Source: Verrucomicrobiota bacterium (GTDB lineage: Bacteria; Verrucomicrobiota; Verrucomicrobiia; Limisphaerales; CANJSG01). Taken from it: a stretch of DNA of 35,329 nucleotides. The DNA lies in contig JBBQXJ010000050.1 of assembly GCA_038209745.1 (NCBI GenBank), positions 1 to 35,329 on the forward strand, given 5' to 3'. Of the stretch, positions 18,501 through 28,198 are shown in pieces. Position numbers and translations under genes: made by a program. Each line of letters begins with the position of its first letter. Position 1 is the first letter of the stretch. A model generated the notes under the pieces. It saw only the letters and a program-made list of their open reading frames with translations. It did no database searches and was not told the origin of the DNA.

Positions 18501-19376
18501 ATGAAGCACCCGTTCCCCAGCATTCCTACGATCTTCGCGATTCTATTCATAACCGCCAGTTTAGCTGCGGCGGAGCGAGCGCCCGTGGTCCTGCTCTGGC
18601 CGAACGGCGCGCCCGGCTCGGAGGCGAAAAAGGATCTGCCCGAGATCGATCTACACAAGAGCTACGGGTCGATCGCCGGCATCCACAATCCGTCGATCAC
18701 CGCCTTTCTTCCGGCCACGGGACGAGCCACCGGCGCGGGCATTCTCGTGATTCCCGGAGGCGGCCATCGAGAGCTTTGCGTCGTCCATGAGGGTTACAAC
18801 GTCGGCCAATGGCTGGCGGACCACGGAATCGCCGCCTTCGTCCTCAAACACCGACTCGCGAAGGAGACGAACTCCACCTATCGCATCGAGGTCGAGTCTC
18901 TGGCCGACACCCAGCGCGCACTTCGGCTGATCCGCTCCCGTGCGGAGGAATGGAGCGTCGATCCCGCCCGGCTCGGCGCGATGGGATTCTCCGCCGGAGG
19001 AGAGCTGGTGAATCTGGTCAGCGGCCGGAACGACGACGGGAACGCCGCCGCCCCGGACCCGGTTGACCGGTTCGGCTGCAAGATCGCCTTCCAAGGGCTG
19101 ATCTATCCCGGCCGCTCCGGCGACATCCTGCCGCGCGCCGATTCCCCGCCCGCTTTCCTCGCCTGCGGATTCGACGATCGGCAGGACATCGCCGAAGGGT
19201 TGGCCGAGGTCTATCTCCGCTTCAAACGCGCCAAGGTCCCGGCCGAGCTCCACATCTACACCGGGACGGGCCACGGCTTCGGCCTCCGCGCCTCGAACAA
19301 GGGTCCCTCCTCCGAGTGGCCCGTTCGCTTCCGCGAATGGCTGGATGAACGCGGTTTCCTGCAAGGCAAGCCGTAG
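18501..19376 (+). CDS. Secreted alpha/beta hydrolase (carbohydrate esterase-like)
   Basis: LWPNGAPG, PGGG, GFSAGG, ELHIY..GHGFG; signal peptide. Confidence 0.88.
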   Translation: MKHPFPSIPTIFAILFITASLAAAERAPVVLLWPNGAPGSEAKKDLPEIDLHKSYGSIAGIHNPSITAFLPATGRATGAGILVIPGGGHRELCVVHEGYNVGQWLADHGIAAFVLKHRLAKETNSTYRIEVESLADTQRALRLIRSRAEEWSVDPARLGAMGFSAGGELVNLVSGRNDDGNAAAPDPVDRFGCKIAFQGLIYPGRSGDILPRADSPPAFLACGFDDRQDIAEGLAEVYLRFKRAKVPAELHIYTGTGHGFGLRASNKGPSSEWPVRFREWLDERGFLQGKP

Positions 19377-19453
19377 CCGCCGACAACCTGTCCTTCTACC
19401 GACTCGCAGGTGCTTGCTTGCCCGCGACCCAGGACGCGGAGGACTATCGTTCC

Positions 19454-20455
19454 ATGTCGAAGACGTTTGGTTTGGTGGTGCATGGCGGCGCGGGTTTGAT
19501 CCTCCGAGAAACGCTGTCTCCCGCGTTGGAGGCGGACTACCGGACCGCGCTGCAGGGCGCCCTGGACGCGGGACACGAGATTCTCAAGGACGGAGGAAGC
19601 GCCGTTGATGCGGTCGTCGCCGCACTGGTCCTCTTGGAGGACGATCCGCTCTTCAACGCCGGTCGCGGCTCGGCTTTGAACGCAGAAGGTCTCTGCGAAC
19701 TAGATGCCGCGATCATGGATGGCAGCACCCTCGCCGCCGGGGCCGCAGCCGGTCTGCGCAACGTGCAGCACCCGATCCGCCTCTCCCGCGACATCATGGA
19801 ACGCAGTCCCCATGTGATGCTCATCGGCGACGGCGCGGAACGCTTCGCCCGGGAATTGGACCATCCCATCGTCCCCAACGAATTCTTCCAGACAGCCCGC
19901 CGCCGCCGTCAATTGGAGAACGTCCAACGCGCCGCCGAGCAGCTTCCTTCGCATCTTTCGCCAGCGGAACAGGACGACAACCAGGTGCCGGTCGCTTCGG
20001 CGGAAAACAAATGGGGCACCGTCGGCTGCGTCGCGCTCGACGCCAACGGCCACCTCGCCGCCGGCACTTCCACCGGAGGCATGACGAACAAAAAATACGG
20101 CCGCGTCGGCGATTCCCCGATCATCGGCGCCGGGACGTATGCCGAGGACGCCACCTGCGCGGTCAGCGCCACGGGCCACGGGGAATACTTCATCCGTGCG
20201 GCATTCGCCCGCGACGTCGCCGCCCGGATGGCCTTCGGCGGCCGGTCCGTCGGCGAAGCGGCTGCGGCCGCCCTCCATCGGATCGGCGCGCTTGGCGGCA
20301 GCGGTGGGGCCATCGCGCTCGATGCCTCGGGCAATTTTGCCACTCCGTTCAACACCCCGGGGATGTATCGAGGCTGGAAGTTTTCCGATGGCCGGGCCGC
20401 GGTCGCGATCTTTCCGGACGGTTCCGCCGTGAACACTTCCGCCGCATCCCGCTGA
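19454..20455 (+). CDS. iaaA: Isoaspartyl peptidase/L-asparaginase (Ntn hydrolase)
   Basis: HGGAG, FNAGRG, ELDAAIMDG, GTVGCV, TSTGG, GRVGDSP, TGHGE. Confidence 0.92.
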   Translation: MSKTFGLVVHGGAGLILRETLSPALEADYRTALQGALDAGHEILKDGGSAVDAVVAALVLLEDDPLFNAGRGSALNAEGLCELDAAIMDGSTLAAGAAAGLRNVQHPIRLSRDIMERSPHVMLIGDGAERFARELDHPIVPNEFFQTARRRRQLENVQRAAEQLPSHLSPAEQDDNQVPVASAENKWGTVGCVALDANGHLAAGTSTGGMTNKKYGRVGDSPIIGAGTYAEDATCAVSATGHGEYFIRAAFARDVAARMAFGGRSVGEAAAAALHRIGALGGSGGAIALDASGNFATPFNTPGMYRGWKFSDGRAAVAIFPDGSAVNTSAASR

Positions 20456-20570
20456 ATCGACCCCGCTCGGCGCAAAGTCCCCTGAATGGGTTGCTGGCCA
20501 GACGGGTCAAAAAAAAGTTCGCTGCGTTGAGAATTCTCGATTTCCGTCCACTGTCCCTTAGTTCGCCGCC

Positions 20571-23500
20571 ATGATACTGATGCCACATCGCCTTCCGCTC
20601 GGAACCGGTCCGCTTCCTTGGAAGCTGCTCGTCGTCCTGATCGCGTCCACCCTGTTTTTGCCCTGCGCCCAGGCGGCTCCCTCCGACCACGTCTCCTTCA
20701 ACCGGCAGATCGAACCGCTGCTTTCGGAGAATTGCTATCATTGCCACGGCCCCGATTCCGGCACCCGCAAACCGAAGAAGAACCCGCTCCGTCTCGACCG
20801 TGAAAAAGAAGCCCTCGCCCCGCGCGACGGAGATCCGCCGGTCATCCTCAAGGGCAATCCCCTCAAGTCCGAACTGGTCCGTCGTCTCCGGACCAAGGAC
20901 GAGGAGGACATCATGCCCCCGCCGTCCGAACACAAGACGCTGAAAGCCTCCGAGATCGCCCTGATCGAGAAGTGGATCGCGGAAGGGGCCCACTACGAGG
21001 CGCATTGGGCCTTCATTCCCCCGGTCAAAGCCCCGCTGCCCCCGGAGCCCACGGGGTGGGCCAGGAACCAGATCGACTACTACGTCGCCGGCGCCCTGCG
21101 GGACAAGGGTCTTCAACCGAACGGCGAGGAGGACAAGGCGCGGCTCTTCCGTCGACTCAGCTTCGATCTCACCGGCCTTCCTCCCGATGAAGAGGAACTG
21201 AAGGCTTTCGTGAAAGACCGTTCCTCCGACGCCTATCTCAAGGCGGTCAACCGGATGCTAGACAGCGACGAGAGCGCCGAGAACTTCACCCGCCACTGGC
21301 TCGACACCGTGCGCTACGCCGACACCCAGGGAATCCACCACGACCATCTGCGCACCATCTGGCCCTATCGCGACTGGGTCATCTCCGCCTTCCGCAAGAA
21401 CATGCCGTTCGACGAGTTCACCATCGAACAGATCGCCGGCGATCTCCTGCCCAACGCGTCTCTCGACCAGAAGGTTGCCTCCGGCTACAACCGCCTTCTC
21501 CCCACCACCGGCGAGGGCGGCGCCATCCCCGAGGAATACGAGGCCATCTATGCCAAGGACCGCACCGAAACCACCTCGGCCGTTTGGCTCGGCCTGACCA
21601 CCGGTTGTGCCACCTGCCACGACCACAAGTTCGATCCCATCTCGACCAAGGAGTTCTATTCGCTGACGTCCTTTTTCCGGAACAACACCATGCGCGCCCT
21701 CGACAGCGGCAGCACCGGAAACAACGCCCCGATGCTCTTCGTGCCCGCGAAGCAGGACCGCGACCGCTGGCCGGAACTGGAGGCCGCCATCGCCGCGCAG
21801 AACGCGAACCTGGATCTGCGGAAAAAGGAATCGGGTCCGGAGTTTGATCGATGGATTACCGGCCAGGAGCACCAACCGCTCAAACTGCCGCCCAATCCGA
21901 AGCCCTTCCTCTCCCTGCCGTTGACCGAGACCGCCGGGGCCGCCTCCGGAGTCGCCGGCGGGAAGCCCATCTCCTGGTTGGGCAGCACGCAACACGTGGC
22001 AGGGCCGTTCGGCCAGGCGCCGCAGGTCGAAGGCGCGGAGCCCGTTCCCGGCGCGACGCCTTCCGTTCCTCGCAACGGCCAGGCAAGCTACGGCGCATTC
22101 GTCTACGTGGAGGACAAGCCCAGCGGCGCCATCTTCTCCCGCATGGATCGCAGCGCCGGCTTCCGCGGCTGGGATCTTTTTCTGGATAGCGCGAAACCCA
22201 TTGTCCACATCATCGACCAGTGGCCGGACGCGGCTCTGAAGATCACGGCCAAGGAAGCGCTCTCTCCGGGTCGTTGGCACCACGTCATGGCCGTGTTCGA
22301 CGGCACGAAGAAAGGGGCCGAGGCGATCACGCTCTTCGTCGATGGCATCAAGGCCGCCGTGGACGTGAACAACAACCAACTCGGAACCAACATCGTCGCC
22401 GAGGTGCCGTTCCGCCTCGGCGGCCGCACGGACAAGGAAGGAACTGGCGACGTGCTCAAGGACGGCAAGGTCTACCTCCAGGACCTCCGTTTCTACGAAG
22501 CGGCGCTGTCCGCCGAAGATGTCGGCCGCATCGCCACGGTCGGACTCGTGCAGGAGTACCTTTCCAAGTCCGGCGAGCAGCGCGACCAGCCCACCAAAGA
22601 CCGCTTGCTCAGCCTTTATCTCGCTGGCTTCGACGAGCCCACCCGGAAAATGCGGGCCGATCTGGATCGTCTGGACGCCGAGCACGAGATCCTCCGAGAC
22701 CGGGGCGCCACCACCTTGGTGATGGAGGAGAAGAAGGACTCCAAGCCCATGGCCCACGTCCTCATCCGAGGCAGCTATTCCAACAAAGGCGAGGAAGTAG
22801 GCCCGGCCACTCCGGCCTCGCTGCCGCCGTTCCCGCCCTACGAGCCGCGCAACCGCCTGGGTCTTGCGAAGTGGATCGTCTCCCGCGACCACCCGCTGAC
22901 CGCCCGGGTCACCGTGAATCGCATTTGGTCCTATCTCTTCGGGACCGGTCTGGTGGAGACCACCGAAGACTTCGGCGTCATGGGCGCCCGGCCGGCCAAT
23001 CAAGACCTGCTCGACTGGATGGCTGTGGACTTCATCGATTCCGGCTGGAACTTCCGCCGCCTCGTCCAGACCATGGTGTTGAGCGCGACCTATCGACAGT
23101 CCCCGCTGGCCAGTCCGGAGAAGTTCGAGAAAGACCCGTCGAACCGGTTGCTCTCCCGCGGCCCCCGCTACCGGCTCGATGCCGAACAGATCCGCGACCA
23201 GGCGCTCGTCGCCGGCGGACTGCTGGTCGAAAAAGTCGGTGGCCCTCCGGTAAAACCCTATCAGCCACAAGGCCTCTGGGAGACCGTGGCGATGAAGGAT
23301 TCCAACACCCGCTACTACAAACAGGACACCGGAGAAGGCCTTTATCGACGCTCGCTCTACACCTTCTGGAAACGCGTCTCGCCTCCACCGAGCATGGAGA
23401 TTCTCAACGCGCCCAGCCGCGAGACCTTCTGCACCCGCCGCGACCGCACCGACACTCCTCTCCAGGCATTGGTCACGATGAACGACCCGCAGTTTGTCGA

Positions 23501-23795
23501 AGCCGCCCGCGCGTTGGCGACCCGCGCCATCCAGTCGTCCAAGAACGCGGACAAACGCCTCGACCTGATCAGCCGCTCCCTGCTGGCCCGCACCTTGCAG
23601 CCGGATGAACGCGTGATCGTAACCCGCATGCTTGATACCGCCGCCGCCGCCTATGCGAAGAACCCTGCGGCCGCCGGTGAATTGGTCGATGTCGGCGATT
23701 CCAAAGTCGCCCCGAAGCTGAAGCCCGAAGAACTGGCTGCTTGGACCCTTGTCGCCAGCCAGATCATGAACCTCGACGAGTCGCTGACGAAGTAG
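20571..23795 (+). CDS. Planctomycete cytochrome c + DUF1549 + LamG + DUF1553 protein
   Basis: CYHCH, HWAF, DLTGLPP, CATCHDHKFDP, LamG-like WHHVM, RLDAEQIRD, YRRSLY, TPLQAL. Confidence 0.92.
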   Translation: MILMPHRLPLGTGPLPWKLLVVLIASTLFLPCAQAAPSDHVSFNRQIEPLLSENCYHCHGPDSGTRKPKKNPLRLDREKEALAPRDGDPPVILKGNPLKSELVRRLRTKDEEDIMPPPSEHKTLKASEIALIEKWIAEGAHYEAHWAFIPPVKAPLPPEPTGWARNQIDYYVAGALRDKGLQPNGEEDKARLFRRLSFDLTGLPPDEEELKAFVKDRSSDAYLKAVNRMLDSDESAENFTRHWLDTVRYADTQGIHHDHLRTIWPYRDWVISAFRKNMPFDEFTIEQIAGDLLPNASLDQKVASGYNRLLPTTGEGGAIPEEYEAIYAKDRTETTSAVWLGLTTGCATCHDHKFDPISTKEFYSLTSFFRNNTMRALDSGSTGNNAPMLFVPAKQDRDRWPELEAAIAAQNANLDLRKKESGPEFDRWITGQEHQPLKLPPNPKPFLSLPLTETAGAASGVAGGKPISWLGSTQHVAGPFGQAPQVEGAEPVPGATPSVPRNGQASYGAFVYVEDKPSGAIFSRMDRSAGFRGWDLFLDSAKPIVHIIDQWPDAALKITAKEALSPGRWHHVMAVFDGTKKGAEAITLFVDGIKAAVDVNNNQLGTNIVAEVPFRLGGRTDKEGTGDVLKDGKVYLQDLRFYEAALSAEDVGRIATVGLVQEYLSKSGEQRDQPTKDRLLSLYLAGFDEPTRKMRADLDRLDAEHEILRDRGATTLVMEEKKDSKPMAHVLIRGSYSNKGEEVGPATPASLPPFPPYEPRNRLGLAKWIVSRDHPLTARVTVNRIWSYLFGTGLVETTEDFGVMGARPANQDLLDWMAVDFIDSGWNFRRLVQTMVLSATYRQSPLASPEKFEKDPSNRLLSRGPRYRLDAEQIRDQALVAGGLLVEKVGGPPVKPYQPQGLWETVAMKDSNTRYYKQDTGEGLYRRSLYTFWKRVSPPPSMEILNAPSRETFCTRRDRTDTPLQALVTMNDPQFVEAARALATRAIQSSKNADKRLDLISRSLLARTLQPDERVIVTRMLDTAAAAYAKNPAAAGELVDVGDSKVAPKLKPEELAAWTLVASQIMNLDESLTK

Positions 23796-23814
23796 CCCCT
23801 CTCCTGAGCCAATA

Positions 23815-25299
23815 ATGAACCTCCCCCCCGATTCCCAGGACTTGCTCAGGCAGTTCAACGCCCACGTCACCCGCCGCCAGTTCTTCCGCAAGACCGCCAC
23901 CGGCCTCGGCGTCGCCGCGCTTTCATCGCTCCTCGGCCCACGCGCTTTCGGCGCCACCGCCCAGGGCGAAGAGATCGCCAACAACCTCACGAAGATCGCC
24001 CCCAAGGCGAAGCGCGCCATCTACATCTCCCTCATCGGCGCGCCCTCGCAGGTCGACACCTTCGACTACAAGCCCGGCCTCCAGGACCGGTTCAAGATGG
24101 ATCTGAAGGACTGGTTGAAGTCCCAGGGTGAACGCCTCACCGGCATGACTGCGGGCCAGAGCACCTTCCCGCTCGCCCCCTCGATCTTCAAATTCTCCCA
24201 ATACGGGCAGAGCGGCACCTGGTTCAGCGAGCTCCTCCCTTGGCACGGCAAGATGGCGGACGACATCTGCGTCATCCGTTCGATGAAGACCGACGCCATC
24301 AACCACGAGCCGGCCAACCAGCTCGTCTACACCGGCTCGATGATCTCCGGAAAGGCGTCCATTGGTTCCTGGATCGCCTACGGCCTCGGCTCGATGAACG
24401 AGTCCCTCCCGACCTTCGTCGTCCTGCACGCCCAGCACTCCAGTCCCTTCTCCAACGTCCAGGCCATGTCCGCCCGTCTCTGGTCCGCCGGCTTCCTGCC
24501 CGGAAAATTCGCCGGCGTCGCGCTGCGCTCCAAGGGCGATCCCGTCCTCTACTTGAAAGACCCCGCCGGAGTCTCGCGCGAGCTTCGCCGTGAGATGATC
24601 GACGGAATCGGAGAGCTGAACCGCCGCTCCTTCGCGGCCGTCGGCGATCCCGAGATCCAGACCCGCACCCAGCAGTTCGAGTTGGCCTTCCGCATGCAGG
24701 CCAGCGTGCCCGACCTGACCAACATGTCGGGCGAACCCGAATCCATCCACGAGCTTTACGGCGAGGAGTCCAAGAACGCCGGCACCTTCGCCAGCTCGGC
24801 CATCATGGCCCGCCGGCTCGTCGAACGCGGCGTTCGCTTCGTCCAGATCTTCCACCGCGGATGGGATCAACACGGCGACCTTCCCCGTGATCTCTCCTCC
24901 CAGTGCAAGGACGTCGACCAAGCCTGCTACGGGCTCATCCAGGATCTGAAACAACGGGGAATGCTGGACGACACCCTGGTCATCTTCGGCGGTGAATTCG
25001 GCCGCACGATCTATTGCCAGGGCAAGCTCACCGAGACCGACTATGGCCGCGACCATCATCCCCGTGCTTTCAGCATGTGGATGGCCGGAGGCGGCGTGAA
25101 GCCCGGCATCAGCTACGGTCAAACCGACGAAATGTCCTATAATATCGTGGAAAACCCGGTTCACGTCCACGACCTCCACGCCACCATCCTCCATCAGCTC
25201 GGCCTGAATCCGGAAACCTTCGCCTTCAAGTATCAGGGCCTCGACCAACGCCTCATCGGCGTCGAACCCGCCAAGGTCGTGAAGGATATCCTGAGCTGA
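23815..25299 (+). CDS. DUF1501 sulfatase-like protein with Tat signal
   Basis: TRRQFF, GAPSQVDTFDYKP, ARRLVERGVRFVQ, GWDQH, GEFGRT, GRDHH. Confidence 0.92.
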   Translation: MNLPPDSQDLLRQFNAHVTRRQFFRKTATGLGVAALSSLLGPRAFGATAQGEEIANNLTKIAPKAKRAIYISLIGAPSQVDTFDYKPGLQDRFKMDLKDWLKSQGERLTGMTAGQSTFPLAPSIFKFSQYGQSGTWFSELLPWHGKMADDICVIRSMKTDAINHEPANQLVYTGSMISGKASIGSWIAYGLGSMNESLPTFVVLHAQHSSPFSNVQAMSARLWSAGFLPGKFAGVALRSKGDPVLYLKDPAGVSRELRREMIDGIGELNRRSFAAVGDPEIQTRTQQFELAFRMQASVPDLTNMSGEPESIHELYGEESKNAGTFASSAIMARRLVERGVRFVQIFHRGWDQHGDLPRDLSSQCKDVDQACYGLIQDLKQRGMLDDTLVIFGGEFGRTIYCQGKLTETDYGRDHHPRAFSMWMAGGGVKPGISYGQTDEMSYNIVENPVHVHDLHATILHQLGLNPETFAFKYQGLDQRLIGVEPAKVVKDILS

Positions 25300-25453
25300 T
25301 CCGGCAGATCCGCCCTTGCCACTCAGGAGAAAGAGAGGGCCCGGATGGAGTGGGCGGGTGAGAAGAGGCGCTCGACCGATACCGCGCAATCAGAGTTGCG
25401 GGGCGCCGTCGCCTCGCTCGGGACACGGAGGCCTTCCGCCCCTCTTTTTGGCG

Positions 25454-26257
25454 TCAGGGTAGGGCGATCTCCCGCGATTTCCGGCCTTCGAACATCCGGA
25501 ATTTCGTGAAGCCCGCCGCCTTGGCCGCAGCGATCGCCTTGTCGAAGGCGGCTCCCACTTCTCCCGGAGCGTGCGCGTCGGAGCCGAAGGTGATGGGCAC
25601 GTCCAGTTCGTGGGCCAGCTTGAGGAACGCGGGCCCCGGATAGATCTCGCGACAGTCTTTGCGCAAACCGGCGGTGTTCAGCTCGATGGCGCAACCGGCT
25701 TTCTTCGCCGCCTCGAGAAAGGTGCGAAACAATCCCGAACAGTCTTCCTTGGGCACGATGTTGAACTTCTTGGGCAGGTCGGCGTGGCCGATGATCTCGA
25801 AGAGTCCGCTGGCGGCCGCGGCGGTGAGACGCTTGAAGTATTCGGTCCACACTTGGATCGGGTCGCGCGTCTTCCATTCGGAAAGTTTGTTCGGATTGTC
25901 CACGTCCCATGTGTCGGAGACGTAGTGGACGGAGCCGATGAAGTAGTCCCAGGGATGGAGCGACGCGAGGTGGCGGATCCATTCTTCCTGACCGGGCAGA
26001 TAGTCGACTTCCATGGCGAGGCGGATGGTGAGCTGCGGGAAGTCGCGCCGCGCTTTCATCACCTTCTCCACGTAGTCGCCCAGTTGGTCGAAGCGCATCC
26101 GCCAGTCGTCGAAGTCGTCCCTCTTCATCGGAGAGTGGTCCGACATTCCGATCTCGCGGAGTCCGAGCTCCACGGCGCGCGCGGCGTATTCGGAAGGCTC
26201 GCCGACGGCGTGGCGGCAAAGCGGAGTGTGCATGTGGTAGTCGGGCAACGACATCAT
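25454..26257 (-). CDS. PHP-family histidinol-phosphatase (HisJ/HisK-like)
   Basis: DYHMHT, SDH, IGSVH, IGHADL, ELNT, GSDAH. Confidence 0.88.
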   Translation of the reverse strand: MMSLPDYHMHTPLCRHAVGEPSEYAARAVELGLREIGMSDHSPMKRDDFDDWRMRFDQLGDYVEKVMKARRDFPQLTIRLAMEVDYLPGQEEWIRHLASLHPWDYFIGSVHYVSDTWDVDNPNKLSEWKTRDPIQVWTEYFKRLTAAAASGLFEIIGHADLPKKFNIVPKEDCSGLFRTFLEAAKKAGCAIELNTAGLRKDCREIYPGPAFLKLAHELDVPITFGSDAHAPGEVGAAFDKAIAAAKAAGFTKFRMFEGRKSREIALP

Positions 26258-26475
26258 TTGCCCATCTTAGAAAGCCGAGCCAGCGGTCGTCGATCCCGCG
26301 TTGAACGGTCCAACAGTCCACGCCCGGGGAGCACTCCACCCATTTCGATCATGGCGCCGACCGCGTCAATCTGTGCGCCAACGACAGCAGTGTTCCGGCG
26401 CAGAACACCGATGTCCGCTTTTTCGGTCCATGGCGAACTCCGAAGGCGATGCCATGGGCCGTAGTCCGTTTGCCG

Positions 26476-26498
26476 GGCATCAGGTATCGGGCATCAGG
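26476..26498. repeat. Intergenic heptamer tandem
   Basis: ggcatca ggtatcg ggcatca gg; 16/17 match to the reverse complement of the repeat at 2362-2396. Confidence 0.55.
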
Positions 26499-26909
26499 TG
26501 AGATGAATTTGTCGCTTCAGGATCCCTCCTTCGCGCAGGCGATCACAATAATGGGACCGCCAAATCGGGCGCTCGGCCAACAATTACTCCCAGGCTCTGC
26601 GGGCGCGACATCTCCAAGAATCCGATCACCTCGAGCTCGACGGCTTCCGAAGGCGGTAATGCCTTCGCCGTCGATGGCCACGTCCAGCGGCGCCGTTTCG
26701 ACCGACTGGAGCTGCGCACCCCAGTAAACGGCCCGGAACTCGCCGTCTTCTGGTGGTGCGGGCCCCCACAGTTTTGCCGGAAGGATGCAGTGAACGGAAC
26801 CAGCCTCCGTCTGCCCTTGGACGACCTTTTGGCTCTCACCATCGCACCCAGCGTTGCTTCGGATGGTTCGGTGCCTTCGATTTCCGGCTATCGGTCGCTG
26901 ATGGACCGC

Positions 26910-27198
26910 GATGCGGTGCTGACCCTCGGCGGACGCCGCATCTATCTCAGCGGCGACACCGGGATCACGCCCGAGATGCGGGCCCTCACGAACATCGACG
27001 TCGCGTTGCCGTGCATGAATCGGCCCTTCACGACGACCGCCGCCGACGCGACCAATACGGTCCGCGCGTTCCTCCCGAAGGGGGTTTATCCCTGCCGCTA
27101 CCGAGACCAAGAGCGGTTCGACCGCCAATGCCGATACGTTCAAGCAGCGACTGGGCACCGACACCGGCGTCGAGGTCCGGTTGAGGAACTGGCATTGA
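26910..27198 (+). pseudogene. MBL-fold metallo-hydrolase 3' fragment
   Basis: VLTLGGRRIYLSGDT..PEMRAL.NIDVA..CMN.PF; YPCRY lacks the usual His; frameshift into FKQRLGTDTGVEVRLRNWH*; no HxHxDH half. Confidence 0.75.
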
Positions 27199-27268
27199 AC
27201 GGGATGGTTTCGACCGGAGCCGCTTGGGCCGGGCTTGCCCGTGAATCCCGCAACGCTAGCCTGCGCGC

Positions 27269-28036
27269 GTGACGTCCTCCTCCGCCAAGTCTCCGGGGTC
27301 CGATCAGTCCCGTCCGCCGGACAAGTCGCCCCGCGTCTTCGCCACCACCCAATGGACCGCCGTCTTGCGGGCCCGGGGTTCCGATTCGCAGGCGCATGAA
27401 GCCCTCTCCCGGCTCTGCCAGACCTATTGGTATCCGCTGTATGCCTTCGTCCGCCGGGAAGGCCACGATCCGGCGGACGCGCAGGATCTGACCCAGGAAT
27501 TCTTCGCCCGGCTGCTGGAAAGCCAGTGGTTGGCCGAGGTCGATCCCGGGCTGGGTCGGTTTCGGTCATTCCTGCTGGCCTCGCTGAAACATTTCCTGGC
27601 GAACGAGCGCGCCAAGGCCCGCACCTTGAAACGCGGCGGCGGCGTCCCCCATGTCCCTTTCCAGCTCGATACCGGAGAGGAACGCTTCCGCCACGAACCC
27701 GCCGACAACCGGTCCCCTGACAAGGCCTACGACCGCCAATGGGCCCTCATGCTCCTGGCGCGTGCCCTCGATCAACTCCGCGAGGAACTCGTCGCCTCCG
27801 GCAAGGAGACGCTCTTTGCGACCCTCAAAGATGCTCTTGGCGGCGACCGCCACGCGGTGCGCTACGTCGAACTGGGCGAGCAATTGGGCCTCTCCGAAAC
27901 CGCCGTCAAGGTGACCGTCCATCGCCTGCGCAAGCGCTACCGCGAGCTTCTGCGCGCCGCCATCGCCGACACGCTGGTCGAAGGAGCGGACGTCGAGGAA
28001 GAGCTGCGCCACCTCCAAGCAGCGCTGAGTGCATGA
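27269..28036 (+). CDS. ECF sigma factor, kinase-associated type
   Basis: FATTQW..LCQTYWYPLYAFVRR, DAQDLTQEFF, GRFRSFL, AVKVTVHRLRKRY. Confidence 0.9.
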   Translation: MTSSSAKSPGSDQSRPPDKSPRVFATTQWTAVLRARGSDSQAHEALSRLCQTYWYPLYAFVRREGHDPADAQDLTQEFFARLLESQWLAEVDPGLGRFRSFLLASLKHFLANERAKARTLKRGGGVPHVPFQLDTGEERFRHEPADNRSPDKAYDRQWALMLLARALDQLREELVASGKETLFATLKDALGGDRHAVRYVELGEQLGLSETAVKVTVHRLRKRYRELLRAAIADTLVEGADVEEELRHLQAALSA

Positions 28037-28040
28037 GAGA

Positions 28041-28147
28041 AAATTCGAAACGCGAAGGCCAAAACGCGAAGAACCTCGTGGATTCAAATCCGAAATCCCC
28101 GTTCCCCTCGCATCCCTTCGGACTTTGACCTTCGGATTTCGTGCTTT
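28041..28147. repeat. Inverted heptamer-based repeat between ECF and kinase
   Basis: aaattcg aaacgcg aaggcca aaacgcg aa vs ttcggac tttgacc ttcggat ttcgtgc ttt. Confidence 0.65.
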
Positions 28148-28198
28148 TTCCCGGGTAACCTTTCGCCGTCGATCTGTCTGTAAGAGAGCAGAGACACC

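Noticed and set aside
21258..24020. 920-aa minus ORF and similar long ORFs (8558-10807, 13128-15041, 16824-18509, 23923-25389)
   Set aside because: Antisense to well-supported genes; no motifs.
26290..26760. Possible gene fragments in the PHP-MBL spacer
   Set aside because: Short protein-like stretches but no recognisable family.
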